A stretch of 64,000 bases of DNA from Mycobacteriales bacterium (GCA_038245655.1 JBBRSE010000018.1:743-64742); one strand, 5' to 3'; shown: positions 41,121-51,180, counted from the first letter of the stretch. Notes: generated from the letters alone by a model not told the origin. Program-made: numbers and translations.

Positions 41121-43579
41121 ACACGACCACTCTCGACCGTCCGGAGCCGCGCGGCGCGGGACGCCCGGGCGCCCCGTCGCCGTGGTGGCCTCCGCCGCCC
41201 CCGAAGCCGCCGCGCGGCATGTCGGCCGAGCTGCGCATTCCGATGCCCGTGCTGGCCACGCTGGCGACGCTGTGCACCACGCTGTGCCTCGGCAATCTTT
41301 TCGAGGGCATCCGCTGGTGGTTCTACCCGTCGCTGGGGGCGATCGTGGTGGCGGCGATCGTGGGCGAGCTCGGCCGTCGCGTGCGGGCGCCGCTTGCGGT
41401 GATGCCGCTGCTCTATGCCGTCGCCGGATGGCTGTACGTCATACCGGTCGCCGCGGGCGACTCGGGACGGCGGCCAGGCGTCGGACTGTGGCCTACCGGC
41501 GACACCTTCACTGCCTTGCGCGATCTGGCCAACTCCGGCTCCACCGACATCCGCGCCCTGACCGTCCCCGTCCCCGATCGGCCCGGATTCCTTTTCCTCA
41601 CCGTGGCCGGGGTCTTCGTCATCGCCGCCCTCGTCGATGCGATCGCGGTAGGGCTCGACCGGCCGGCGGCCGCTGGTCTCCCGCTGCTGGCGCTGCTAGC
41701 GGTCCCGGCTGCAGTCGTCGAGCGCGGGGTCGGCCTGCTGGCTTTCGTGGCAGCCTGCCTGTCGTACCTGGCGATGCTGCTCTCCTCAGGCCGGCATGGG
41801 TTCGTACGCTGGGCGCGCGTCCCGGCGGGAGCCGCGGCCGGGATCCGCCAGGCAACGGGCGCGACGGGGCGGCGCATCGGTGCCATCGCCGTCGTCGCGG
41901 CGCTCTTCCTGCCGGTACTCATCCCGCGCTATACCGGCGTCGGACGTCACCGCTCCAGCGGCAGTGGAGGCGGATCGGCCACCGTCATCGAGCCGGTCGT
42001 CACCCTCGCGCAGCAGCTGCACAGCGACTCCATACAACCTCTGCTGACGGTGCACACGCAGACCCCCGAGTACCTGCGGCTGGCCTCGCTCGAGCATTTC
42101 GACGGGCAACGCTTCACGCTCGGTTCGCTGTCGGCCGGACGCGACGCCAGGGTGTCTCACGGATTGCCGGCTCCTGCCAAGGGCAGCACCGCCGAAGTGA
42201 AGGCGACGATCGACGTCGAAAACGTCCTGCACCAGCGTTATCTGCCGACCCCGTACCAGGCGACGCAGGTGGCGATCGATGGTGACTGGCGGCTGTCCGG
42301 GCGAACGTTCACCATCTTTTCCGCCCAGAACGACACTTCCGGCGCCCACTACTCGGTGACCTCGCAAGTCGCGACGCCGACCGCGGAGGCACTACGGGCC
42401 CAGACCCCGACCGGCTCGCTGGCGCCCGAGATTGACGCCGACATCAACCTGCCGAACGACCTGCCGGTGGAGATCTCCGAGCTCGCGGCGCGGCTGACGG
42501 CCAGCTACCCGACCGAATACGACAAAGCCGCCGCCATCCAGGCCTACCTGCGCGGCCCGCTCTTCACGTACGACCTGAAGGGTGCCCCGATCGGGAACAA
42601 CGCGCTGGCGGACTTCCTGCTGCGTGACCATCGGGGTTACTGCGAGCAGTTCGCGGGAGCGATGGTCGTGCTCGCCCGGGAGGCGGGGATTCCGGCCCGC
42701 GTGGCCGTGGGGTTCACCCCTGGTACCCGCCAGGCGGATGGCAGCTGGCTGATCACCAACCATGACGCCCACTCCTGGCCCGAGATCTGGTTCCCGCAAG
42801 CCGGCTGGATCCGCTTCGAACCCACCAAGCGCGACGACAGCACGACTGCGCCGGACTACACACAGAACCCGCAGGGCGGCGCGCCGGCGCCGATCCAGTC
42901 CGCCGACCCGAAGTCACAGGCGACCGCGGCACCGAGCGGCAAGGCGAGCCAGCCGGCAGCCGGCCCATCGAGTGGCCTGACGAGCGGCGCAGGTTCCTCC
43001 GGCGGCGGGCTTTCCTTCCCCGCGACCCAGGTGCTGGGTTGGAGCGGCGGCGCGGCCGTCGGCGTCGTCCTGCTGCTCGCACCGGCCCGGCTGCGGCGGC
43101 GTCGGCGGCGGCGGCGCCTTGACGACAGTTCGGCCGGCTGGCAGCGCGACGCGTGGCGGGAGATCGTCGACACGGCCGTGGATCTTGGTGTTGACGTGCC
43201 GGCGACGCTCTCCCCTCGCCGGACCGTGCAGCGATGGTCACGCCTTTCGACCGGCGAGCGCGTCATGCCCGACGCCGCGAGCAAAGTACTGGCCGAGGTC
43301 GCTCACGCCGAGGAACGCTTCCGGTATGCCCCGCAATCGAGCGCCGGCGCCGATCCGGCGGTCGCCTGGACCGCGCAGGAGGTTCGGGACGCCCTGCATT
43401 CCTGGGAACACTCCCGCGAATCCCGGGTGCGCCTGCGCGCCCTGCTGGCGCCGCGGTCCATGCGCCCGGCGGCTAGGACCGTCCTGGCGGGCGAATCGGG
43501 CCCGGGTGCAGACAGCAAGCCGGGCTCGCGCAGGCTTGCGCTGCGGCGGCTCCGGTCAAGGCCAGCAGGTCAAAGCTGA
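41117..43579 (+). CDS. Transglutaminase-domain (TgpA-like) polytopic membrane protein
   Basis: ATG at 41117 in an ATGA overlap with the DUF58 stop. About 6 N-terminal TM helices. Cys-His-Asp core GYCEQFAGAM ... NHDAHSWPEIWF, then a C-terminal TM and tail. Confidence 0.85.
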   Translation: MNTTTLDRPEPRGAGRPGAPSPWWPPPPPKPPRGMSAELRIPMPVLATLATLCTTLCLGNLFEGIRWWFYPSLGAIVVAAIVGELGRRVRAPLAVMPLLYAVAGWLYVIPVAAGDSGRRPGVGLWPTGDTFTALRDLANSGSTDIRALTVPVPDRPGFLFLTVAGVFVIAALVDAIAVGLDRPAAAGLPLLALLAVPAAVVERGVGLLAFVAACLSYLAMLLSSGRHGFVRWARVPAGAAAGIRQATGATGRRIGAIAVVAALFLPVLIPRYTGVGRHRSSGSGGGSATVIEPVVTLAQQLHSDSIQPLLTVHTQTPEYLRLASLEHFDGQRFTLGSLSAGRDARVSHGLPAPAKGSTAEVKATIDVENVLHQRYLPTPYQATQVAIDGDWRLSGRTFTIFSAQNDTSGAHYSVTSQVATPTAEALRAQTPTGSLAPEIDADINLPNDLPVEISELAARLTASYPTEYDKAAAIQAYLRGPLFTYDLKGAPIGNNALADFLLRDHRGYCEQFAGAMVVLAREAGIPARVAVGFTPGTRQADGSWLITNHDAHSWPEIWFPQAGWIRFEPTKRDDSTTAPDYTQNPQGGAPAPIQSADPKSQATAAPSGKASQPAAGPSSGLTSGAGSSGGGLSFPATQVLGWSGGAAVGVVLLLAPARLRRRRRRRRLDDSSAGWQRDAWREIVDTAVDLGVDVPATLSPRRTVQRWSRLSTGERVMPDAASKVLAEVAHAEERFRYAPQSSAGADPAVAWTAQEVRDALHSWEHSRESRVRLRALLAPRSMRPAARTVLAGESGPGADSKPGSRRLALRRLRSRPAGQS

Positions 43580-43645
43580 CCGAGCGGATCCTTTGCGCGT
43601 GACCCTGCAAGATCCGATTCTGGCGGATCCGAAAGCCGGACTCGG

Positions 43646-44044
43646 TTAGCGGTCGCGGTCGTCCCAGCGCCGCTGCCAACGCTCCTGCGCGCGCTGGGAG
43701 AGCGAGCGACGGGCCTTCGGCGACCGCGATCGGCGGGAGCGGGACTCGAGATCGGGCCGGCCGCCGAGCCGACGAAGATCGCCGGAGCCCCGCAGCGCCG
43801 CGAGCAACATGACGACAAAACCCAACAAACCAAGCACAATGCTGGCCGCACCGGAATTGATCACTACCGCCGCGACGAGCACACCGAGCCCGACGACGAA
43901 CAGGGCGGTGGAGCGCCAGAGCCGCCGAATCGCATACGAACGTGGGTTTATCGAGCGGACGGTGCTGACAAGTTTGGGGTCGTCGGCGTAGAGATCGCGC
44001 TCGATTTGCTCGAGCAGACGCTGCTCGTGCTCTGAGAGCGGCAT
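43646..44044 (-). CDS. DUF3040-domain membrane protein
   Basis: MPLSEHEQRLLEQIERDLYADDPKL followed by two TM helices. ATG at 44044 lies after GGGAGGAG. Confidence 0.75.
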   Translation of the reverse strand: MPLSEHEQRLLEQIERDLYADDPKLVSTVRSINPRSYAIRRLWRSTALFVVGLGVLVAAVVINSGAASIVLGLLGFVVMLLAALRGSGDLRRLGGRPDLESRSRRSRSPKARRSLSQRAQERWQRRWDDRDR

Positions 44045-44223
44045 CCGCGCTCCTCCCCACACCAACATTCCAGACCCCGATGGGGGTCTTCTCAGAATAG
44101 AACCTCGGCAGGATCGACGATAGTCGCAAGCTCCCGGCGTGCGCCAAATTTGGCAAACCTGTGAGTACTTCGCGGTGAACACGCGCTCTCATCGAACCCG
44201 CAATGTGGTGATCACCGCAAAAA

Positions 44224-45483
44224 TCATTGGGTGGGCAGTGAACGGCCAGGGGGATCGACCAGGGACGCCGGGCGTACCGATCCCGAACCGAATCGGGCGG
44301 ACGCCCGGTCGACCGCCCGATCCGCCTCCCGCCATCCGGACTCCCGCTCCCCCAGCGAAAGCTGGCGGGTCACCCGTCCGGAGCTGACGAGCGACTCCGC
44401 ACGCACCCCCACCAAACGCAGGCGGGCGCGTTGGAGCCCGAGCTTGCGGAACAGTTCGCGGGCAACTTCGTAAATCTCGCGCCCGCTATCCGTGGCCTGC
44501 GGCAGGGTGCGCGCTCGGGTGATGGTGGTGAAATCGGCGAAGCGCACCTTCAGGCTGATGGTGCGCGAGGCGTATCCCTGCTCGCGCAGCCGGGCCGCGG
44601 TGCGCTCAGCCAGCCGCAGGACCTCGCGCAGCACGATCTGCGGGTCATCGACGTCACGGGCAAAAGTCTCTTCCGCACCAACGCTTTTCTCCGGCTCGCT
44701 CGCAATGACTTTGCGGTCATCGCGTCCCCACGCAAGCGCTGTCAGGTGGGAGCCGGCCGCGGCTCCGAGCACCCGCTGCAGCGTATGGACCGGCACTTGC
44801 GCGATGTCACCGACCGTCTGCAAGCCAAGCCGATGCAACGACTCCGCAGTGCGCTCACCCACCCCCCACAAGGCCTCAACGGGCAGCGGATGCAGGAAGG
44901 ACACCAGGCCATCCGCCGGGACGACGAGCAGCCCGTCCGGCTTGCCGCGGGCCGAGGCCAGCTTGGCCACAAACTTTGTGGACGCGACCCCCACCGTGCA
45001 GGTGAGCTGCTGCTCGTCCCAGACGCGGGCGCGTATCCACTCGGCAATCTCGCGCGGACGGCCAAGCCGCCGCTCAGCTCCCCGGACGTCGAGGAATGCC
45101 TCGTCCAGCGACAACGGCTCGACGAGTGGGGTGACCGACCGGAAGATCTCCATGATTCCGGCGGAGGCCTCGCTGTAACGACGAAACGTCGGCGGCAGCA
45201 CGATCGCCTGCGGGCACAATCGGCGGGCCCGCATCATGGGCATCGCGCTGCGCACCCCGAACTCGCGCGCCTCATACGTCGCGGACAGGACGACGCCGCG
45301 GGTGCCGCCGCCGCCGACAATGACCGGCTGCCCCTGTAGCTCCGGACGGGTACGCAGCTCCACCGACGCGTAGAACGCGTCCATATCGACATGCAGGATC
45401 GGGCAACCACTATCCGACTGCACGCGTGCAGCGAGACCGGGGAAACCGCCTGATCCGCCGCTCATGACGGCTTCCGCCCACAC
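44224..45483 (-). CDS. dinB: DNA polymerase IV (Y-family, catalytic residues intact)
   Basis: Motifs ILHVDMDAFYASVE and SLDEAFLD plus a little-finger domain. The start could be 45483 or ATG 45465. Confidence 0.92.
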   Translation of the reverse strand: MWAEAVMSGGSGGFPGLAARVQSDSGCPILHVDMDAFYASVELRTRPELQGQPVIVGGGGTRGVVLSATYEAREFGVRSAMPMMRARRLCPQAIVLPPTFRRYSEASAGIMEIFRSVTPLVEPLSLDEAFLDVRGAERRLGRPREIAEWIRARVWDEQQLTCTVGVASTKFVAKLASARGKPDGLLVVPADGLVSFLHPLPVEALWGVGERTAESLHRLGLQTVGDIAQVPVHTLQRVLGAAAGSHLTALAWGRDDRKVIASEPEKSVGAEETFARDVDDPQIVLREVLRLAERTAARLREQGYASRTISLKVRFADFTTITRARTLPQATDSGREIYEVARELFRKLGLQRARLRLVGVRAESLVSSGRVTRQLSLGERESGWREADRAVDRASARFGSGSVRPASLVDPPGRSLPTQ

Positions 45484-45525
45484 CGGGCAGCGGGCTGCAC
45501 CCGTGCAGGAGCCGATGGCGCGTCC

Positions 45526-46308
45526 CTACGCGTCGGGCTTGCGGGCCAGCACGTGCAGCCGGGTGGCCATCGCGCGGTAGACCGGCAGCCGGGCCACCGA
45601 CTCTTCCAGGCGCGCAAGGACCTCTCGGGCGTGGGGCTCGATGTCGAGCACGGCTCCGGGGACGAAATCAGAGAACACCCGATCTCCGTGAATCCCCACC
45701 ACGGACAGTCCCGCGGCCTCCGTGAACTGCACCAGCTCTTCCAGATCGAACCGGCGATGCAGGCGATCGGTGCCCGCCGCGGCCTGATCGAAAAGAACTC
45801 GCTCGGCGGCGTCGAGACGCCCGGCAAGGATTCGGCCGAGGACCGCGGCTGACCGGTTGGCCGCAAGCACGCTGAGCAGGCCGCCCGGCCGCAACGCAAT
45901 TCCGGCGGCCACGATGCCGGCGGCTGGATCATCAGCGACTTCGAGCACGTCATGGCACAACAGGACGTCGACCTGCTGTGGGTCGATGACATCACCGAGG
46001 GTGTCGAGATCGCCCTGGCGACCGCTGACGTGTTCAGCGACTCCGGCCTCCGCAGCCCGGCGCTCGAGGGAAGCCAACGAGTCAGGGCTCGGATCGACGA
46101 CGATGACCCGGTGGCCGAGCTGCGCCAAGGGAACCGCAAACCCGCCGCTGCCACCACCGGCGTCGACGACGACGAGCCTGCCACCACCTCGCTCGCGGCT
46201 CTCGGGTCGCCCAGCAAGCTCCACGAGCGCGCGCCGCAGGTCTTCCCAGACGACGCTGCTGCGCGACGCCGGCCAAGAGCTGGACTGGCTCGACTGACTG
46301 GTAGGCAC
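45526..46308 (-). CDS. Class I SAM-dependent methyltransferase
   Basis: Motif I VVDAGGGSGGFAVPLA, then VVDPS. GTG at 46308 is chosen to avoid overlap with the dnaE2 3' end. Confidence 0.8.
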   Translation of the reverse strand: MPTSQSSQSSSWPASRSSVVWEDLRRALVELAGRPESRERGGGRLVVVDAGGGSGGFAVPLAQLGHRVIVVDPSPDSLASLERRAAEAGVAEHVSGRQGDLDTLGDVIDPQQVDVLLCHDVLEVADDPAAGIVAAGIALRPGGLLSVLAANRSAAVLGRILAGRLDAAERVLFDQAAAGTDRLHRRFDLEELVQFTEAAGLSVVGIHGDRVFSDFVPGAVLDIEPHAREVLARLEESVARLPVYRAMATRLHVLARKPDA

Positions 46309-46453
46309 GCCTGCCTTTCCCGGGACCGCTGGGCATCGGATTCGTGGGTGCCGGCAGCTACACCGGCACTCACCTGGAAGGGTAATCGCCCACCGGCACA
46401 CGGGCGGGTCTGCGACAGCGCCCGCCGGCGGCCGGCCAACACGAATCCGCTGC

Positions 46454-49400
46454 TCATCCGCCCGAGCTCCCCGGGCTGGAATGCCACAACCGGCGGGGAG
46501 CACTGCGAGCGTCCCCGCCTGACGGCTTGATGTCGGCGTAGGGAGACAGGCGAAAACCGGTGGCGTACTGCTGCGCCCGTGCCCCGGCCGGTGGATTGAC
46601 CATCACCGGCCGGCTGGACCGGCTGGCCGCCGCACCCTGAACCGCGAGCTCACTGACTCTGACCGGATCGGCCATGATCCGCTCAACCGCCGCTGCTCCT
46701 CCTGCCTCCCAGGCATCTCGCAGAGCGGGCAGCTCCCAGCAACCGGTCGCCCGCAGCGATACCCCGCGCGGGCCGGTACGGCGTACGAACCCCCGAATAA
46801 CCAGCAGCCACGAATGAAAGACGGTCGATGCGTACCCCGCTTGGGCATCTTCGAAGAAGGTGGCATCGAGCGGTCCCGTCGCGTCATCGAGGGTCACGAA
46901 CACCACCCGCCGCCCCGAGCGAACCGGCGGCGTCTGGGTGGCCACCTTCACTCCAGCGATCAAGATTTCCTGGCGGCTACGGCACCGCACGAGATCGCGG
47001 GCGCGGGTGATACCGAACGCCTTCATGAAGGGCTCGTAGAAGTCCACCACATGGCGAGTGACATCCAGACCCAGCACATCGAGCTCAGCACGCACCTGCT
47101 CGGCGCTGGTGAGCTCAGGGAGTCCGGACGCCCGGACAGCGGATGGATCGTCACCGAGATCGAGGGCGAGCTGCACCGGATCGTGCTCCTGGGCCCCCGC
47201 CGACCCCAGATCCCCGGGCGCCCCGGTCAAACCGGGCAGCCCGGTGCGCGCCGCGCGCGACTGCCGCGCCGCCCTTTCAACGACCCCATCGGCGGCTCGC
47301 TCGGTGCCACCGGCCGCGCCGCCGCGGCTCGAACCCCGCCCGCGCCGGGCGCTGCCCCGGGCCACCGCCCGGCTCCACTGATCAAGCTCAGCGACCTGCA
47401 GAAGCAGATCGCGCCGGGTGATACGACCCCGGCGACGCACCGGTGCCGCCAGCCCGATCCCATAGAGAGAATCGAACCCGCCCGCGAGCACAAGCCGCTC
47501 GACGATGGGTCTGGACACCGCCGCCCGGTGCCAGAAGTCGGACAAGGAGCCGTAGGGCCGGCCGGTGATGATCCCGGTGACTTCAGCCGCATTGATCCCT
47601 TTGACCTCGGACAACGCCATGCGGATGCCGTAATCACGGGCATCGGGAAGCCGCGGGTCAAGCGGTGGATGGCGAGCGGGGGCGTCCAGCACGGCGGGTG
47701 GGGGCTCGGAAAACGACCCGATGCGCTCGACGCGGTAGACGCTGTCGGATTGATTGACGTCGAGTCCCAGCACGGCAATGCCGAATTGGCGGGCATCGTC
47801 GAGGATGAGCCGTTTGGGATACATCCCCGGATCGTGGGTGAGCACCCCGGCGAGGAACGCTGCGGTGTGGTGGGCCTTCAACCAGGCGGATTGGTAGGTG
47901 GGAAGCGCGAAGGCCGCGGCATGCGCCTTGCAGAACCCGAACGACCCGAAGGCTTTCAGCACTTCCCAGACCCGCTCGATGGTCGCGAGGTCGTAGCCGG
48001 CGCGCAGGGCCGCCGGCACGAAGGCGGCCCTGACCTCCGGCTGGAGAACCGGATCACCGAGCGCACGCCTCGCCTCATCAGCTTCGGCCAGCGAAACTTT
48101 GGTCATCTGAGCCACGATTTGCAGGACCTGCTCGTGGAAAACGACGACCCCTCCGGTGTCAGCCAGGTAGGGCTCAAGGTCAGCGTGGATAGAGGTGGCC
48201 TCCCGCCATCCTTGGCGAGCCTCCAAGAAGGGGGTCACCATGTCGCTCTTCACCGGGCCGGGCCGAAACAGCGAAATGTCGATGATGAGATCGTCGAACG
48301 TCTCTGGACCGAACTTTCCCACCAGCTCCCGCTGGCCGGGCGACTCAATCTGAAAGCAGCCGAGAGTGCGGGTGGACTGCACCAGCGCGAAGGTGGCCGG
48401 GTCGGCGCGATCGATGTTGTCGATATCAACGTCGACCTCATCGACCCGTCGCACTTCGGCAATGGCGTGTGAGATCGCTGACTGCATGCGGATCCCGAGC
48501 AGATCGAGCTTGAGCAGCCCGAGATCTTCGACGTCGTCCTTGTCGAACTGGCTCATCGGAAAACCCAGGTAACTCGCCTCTACCGGGGTGCGATCCAGCA
48601 AGGTGGCATCGGACAGGAGCACGCCGCAGGGATGCAGCGCGATGTGACGAGGCAGCCCATCGAGGCGCTCGACGAGGCGCAGCATCAGGTCAAGCCGCTC
48701 GCTGGACAGCCCGCTGCTATGCAACTCCGGCAGATCACGCATCGCTGCGCGCACCTGGCTGGCCCGGATGTGGGGAAACGCTTTGGCCACCGCGTCGATC
48801 TCACCCGGCGGCAACCCGAGCGCCCCACCGACATCGCGGATGGCGTGGCGCGCCCGGTAGGTGTCCATCATCGCGACGCAGGCACAGCGCTCGCCTCCGT
48901 AACGGGCGAGCACCTGCTCATAAACCTCGGTACGCCTGGCCGACTCGACGTCGATGTCGACATCGGGCAACTGGTGGCGCAGCGGTGACAGGAACCGCTC
49001 CATCAGCAGGCCGTAGCGCAGGGGATCGACGTCAGAAACACCGGTGAGATAGGTGACCAGGCTGCCGGCGCCTGAGCCACGAGCCGCGCAGCGGACCCCC
49101 ATCCCGCGGATCAGGTCGACAACATCGGCCACGGTAAGGAAATAGCTCGGATAGCCCAATGCTCGAATCACCTCGAGCTCGGAGTCGAGTCGCTCGTTCA
49201 CCTCCCGGGACAGCTGCATGCCGCGCCGGCCAAGGCCGGCTTCGCAGCGAGCACGCAGCACATGATCAGCGTCATGGGCATTGGCTCCGGCCGGAATGTC
49301 ACCAGTGATCGCCAGCTCCGGAAAGTGGATCTCCCCGATACCGAGATCCGCCTTTGGATCCAGCACGCAGCGCTCGGCGATCTGGCGGGAGCGGATGAGA

Positions 49401-50284
49401 AGGCTCCGCCCACCGTCGGTGAATCCGGCAGCGCGCGCGACTTCCTCGGCAACATCTGCCATTTCCTTGCCCGACTTCAGATACCCCTCTGCATTGGCCC
49501 GGCCGACGTGACGCGGATCCAACGCCACCAGCAACCGGGAGGCATCGAGCACATCGGCGACGGGCGCATCACCTCGGTCGGCATATCTCACCGCATTGGT
49601 AAGGACTACCGGCACGCCCGCATCGAGCCCGAAAGCCGCCCACCGGCCCGCCTTCGCCAGCTCCCCGCGACCCCGGTGATGCACCACCTCGATCTGGAGC
49701 TCGCCCGGCTCCGGGAAGGCCGCGCGCCAGCGAGCCACATGTGCACCGGCGAGTGCCTCGCGGCGCGCGATCAAAGCCCTCCCGGCTTCGGACTGCGGGC
49801 CGAGCAATGCGATAAGGGCACCGCCTCCGGACCGGGCCACCTGCGCGTATTCAGCGATCAGCTCGATGCTGGTGACTGGGGTGCCGCGATCCCCGGCTAA
49901 ATGCGTAGCCGTCACCAACCGGCAGAGTGCCCCCCACCCGGCGCGCCCCGATGCCAGCAGGGTGATCCTCGGCAACCCCGCATCGACGAACGCCCCGCCA
50001 CGCGCCGGCGACGACGACGATCGAGAGGCGGTCTGCCGCGTGTCAGAACGGCGCACTGACGCCAGTGGAGCAACAGCAAGGTCGGTGCCGAGCAGCGGAC
50101 GGATGCCCTCCCGCTGGCAGGCCTTGGCGAAGCGCACCGCACCGTAAACCCCGTCCCGGTCGGTGAGCGCCAGTGCATCCATCCCATGCTCTGCAGCCTT
50201 GGCCGCGAGAAACTGGGGATGCGATGCACCGTGACGCAGGGAATAGCCGGATGCCACATGGAGGTGAACGAAGTAATCGGACAT
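46454..50284 (-). CDS. dnaE2: Error-prone DNA polymerase DnaE2 (ImuC)
   Basis: N-terminal PHP FVHLHVASGYSLRHGAS. No tau/epsilon-binding tail. C-terminus ...SPYADIKPSGG...RRLWHSSPGSSGG, as I recall for DnaE2. Confidence 0.95.
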   Translation of the reverse strand: MSDYFVHLHVASGYSLRHGASHPQFLAAKAAEHGMDALALTDRDGVYGAVRFAKACQREGIRPLLGTDLAVAPLASVRRSDTRQTASRSSSSPARGGAFVDAGLPRITLLASGRAGWGALCRLVTATHLAGDRGTPVTSIELIAEYAQVARSGGGALIALLGPQSEAGRALIARREALAGAHVARWRAAFPEPGELQIEVVHHRGRGELAKAGRWAAFGLDAGVPVVLTNAVRYADRGDAPVADVLDASRLLVALDPRHVGRANAEGYLKSGKEMADVAEEVARAAGFTDGGRSLLIRSRQIAERCVLDPKADLGIGEIHFPELAITGDIPAGANAHDADHVLRARCEAGLGRRGMQLSREVNERLDSELEVIRALGYPSYFLTVADVVDLIRGMGVRCAARGSGAGSLVTYLTGVSDVDPLRYGLLMERFLSPLRHQLPDVDIDVESARRTEVYEQVLARYGGERCACVAMMDTYRARHAIRDVGGALGLPPGEIDAVAKAFPHIRASQVRAAMRDLPELHSSGLSSERLDLMLRLVERLDGLPRHIALHPCGVLLSDATLLDRTPVEASYLGFPMSQFDKDDVEDLGLLKLDLLGIRMQSAISHAIAEVRRVDEVDVDIDNIDRADPATFALVQSTRTLGCFQIESPGQRELVGKFGPETFDDLIIDISLFRPGPVKSDMVTPFLEARQGWREATSIHADLEPYLADTGGVVVFHEQVLQIVAQMTKVSLAEADEARRALGDPVLQPEVRAAFVPAALRAGYDLATIERVWEVLKAFGSFGFCKAHAAAFALPTYQSAWLKAHHTAAFLAGVLTHDPGMYPKRLILDDARQFGIAVLGLDVNQSDSVYRVERIGSFSEPPPAVLDAPARHPPLDPRLPDARDYGIRMALSEVKGINAAEVTGIITGRPYGSLSDFWHRAAVSRPIVERLVLAGGFDSLYGIGLAAPVRRRGRITRRDLLLQVAELDQWSRAVARGSARRGRGSSRGGAAGGTERAADGVVERAARQSRAARTGLPGLTGAPGDLGSAGAQEHDPVQLALDLGDDPSAVRASGLPELTSAEQVRAELDVLGLDVTRHVVDFYEPFMKAFGITRARDLVRCRSRQEILIAGVKVATQTPPVRSGRRVVFVTLDDATGPLDATFFEDAQAGYASTVFHSWLLVIRGFVRRTGPRGVSLRATGCWELPALRDAWEAGGAAAVERIMADPVRVSELAVQGAAASRSSRPVMVNPPAGARAQQYATGFRLSPYADIKPSGGDARSAPRRLWHSSPGSSGG

Positions 50285-50299
50285 GCCCTGCGATTCGAC

Positions 50300-50728
50300 C
50301 TATGCCGACAGCGACAGCGACGGCTGCTGGGCCAGGCCCAGCAAGGCGAGAACTGCTAGCAGGAAACGCTCTGAATCCCGGACGAGATCATCTGCTTCCC
50401 GCTGACTGACCACCGGTCGGCCCGCCTCAGCAGCAGCGCGCTTGGGGGCACCGGCGGCGAAGAACGCCGCCCATTCCCTGAGCTCCGGAGCCACCTCGGT
50501 CAGGAGTCGCCAGGCACTGACCGGCCGACCCCGACGATTGTGGGGTCGGGCTCGGGCAGCTAGCACCGCCGCCGCAGCACGCAATGCGGCGAGGTGAGCA
50601 AGGGCGTAACGCTCCCCAGCCACCTGAGCCCCCTCGGCGTCAGCCAGCCCTTGCCGAGAGGCCGTCAGCAAACCGCCGACGGCTCGCGAAAGCACCCGCA
50701 CCTGCGCCTGGCTCGAAGAAACGGCCAT
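50300..50728 (-). CDS. Small all-helical HEPN-like protein (recalled as the SAV_6107-family HEPN type)
   Basis: 142 aa with an R-x4-H motif in GERYALAHLAALRAAAAVLAAR (R40, H45). TGATG 1-nt overlap with the upstream gene; 15 nt to dnaE2. Confidence 0.65.
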   Translation of the reverse strand: MAVSSSQAQVRVLSRAVGGLLTASRQGLADAEGAQVAGERYALAHLAALRAAAAVLAARARPHNRRGRPVSAWRLLTEVAPELREWAAFFAAGAPKRAAAEAGRPVVSQREADDLVRDSERFLLAVLALLGLAQQPSLSLSA

Positions 50729-51180
50729 CAGTCATGCACCTCCACAAGCTTCCAGCTACCGCGAGACCAGTCGAAACAAAGGTCGTAGACCCCGAGTGAC
50801 GAGGACCGGCCGGAGCCGGCTTCCACCCGCCAGAACTCCTGCTCACCGTCATCAATGGAGGCCGGGCCGATGGACGCTCCGACATCAGGCGCCGGCTCAC
50901 CCCAAGCGCGCTGGGCCCACTTGGGTGACGCGGGAATCGGATCGAGGACAAGGTCGGCTTCCGAACGAGCCACCTCACCGCCGGCAGCCAGCGCCATCGC
51001 CGCGCTGGAAGCCCACCACTGGCCGGACTCGAACCAATGCTCGAGCACGTCTCGGACGACATAGAGCCGCGAGCGCCATAGGAACTGCTCCGGAACATCG
51101 TCACGACGCCGAACTTCGATCGGCTCCGCATGACGCCTACCCACGACCGCCTCCTCCCAGCCCGCCGGCACGACGGGCAA
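50728..51180 (-). CDS. DUF6504-like protein with ImuB-C-terminus-like motifs
   Basis: 150 aa with motif string PIEV..., FLWRSRLYVV, SGQWW, EFWRVEA, GVYDL. Start is TTG 51180 (or GTG 51171). First gene after the SOS promoter. Confidence 0.65.
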   Translation of the reverse strand: MPVVPAGWEEAVVGRRHAEPIEVRRRDDVPEQFLWRSRLYVVRDVLEHWFESGQWWASSAAMALAAGGEVARSEADLVLDPIPASPKWAQRAWGEPAPDVGASIGPASIDDGEQEFWRVEAGSGRSSSLGVYDLCFDWSRGSWKLVEVHD

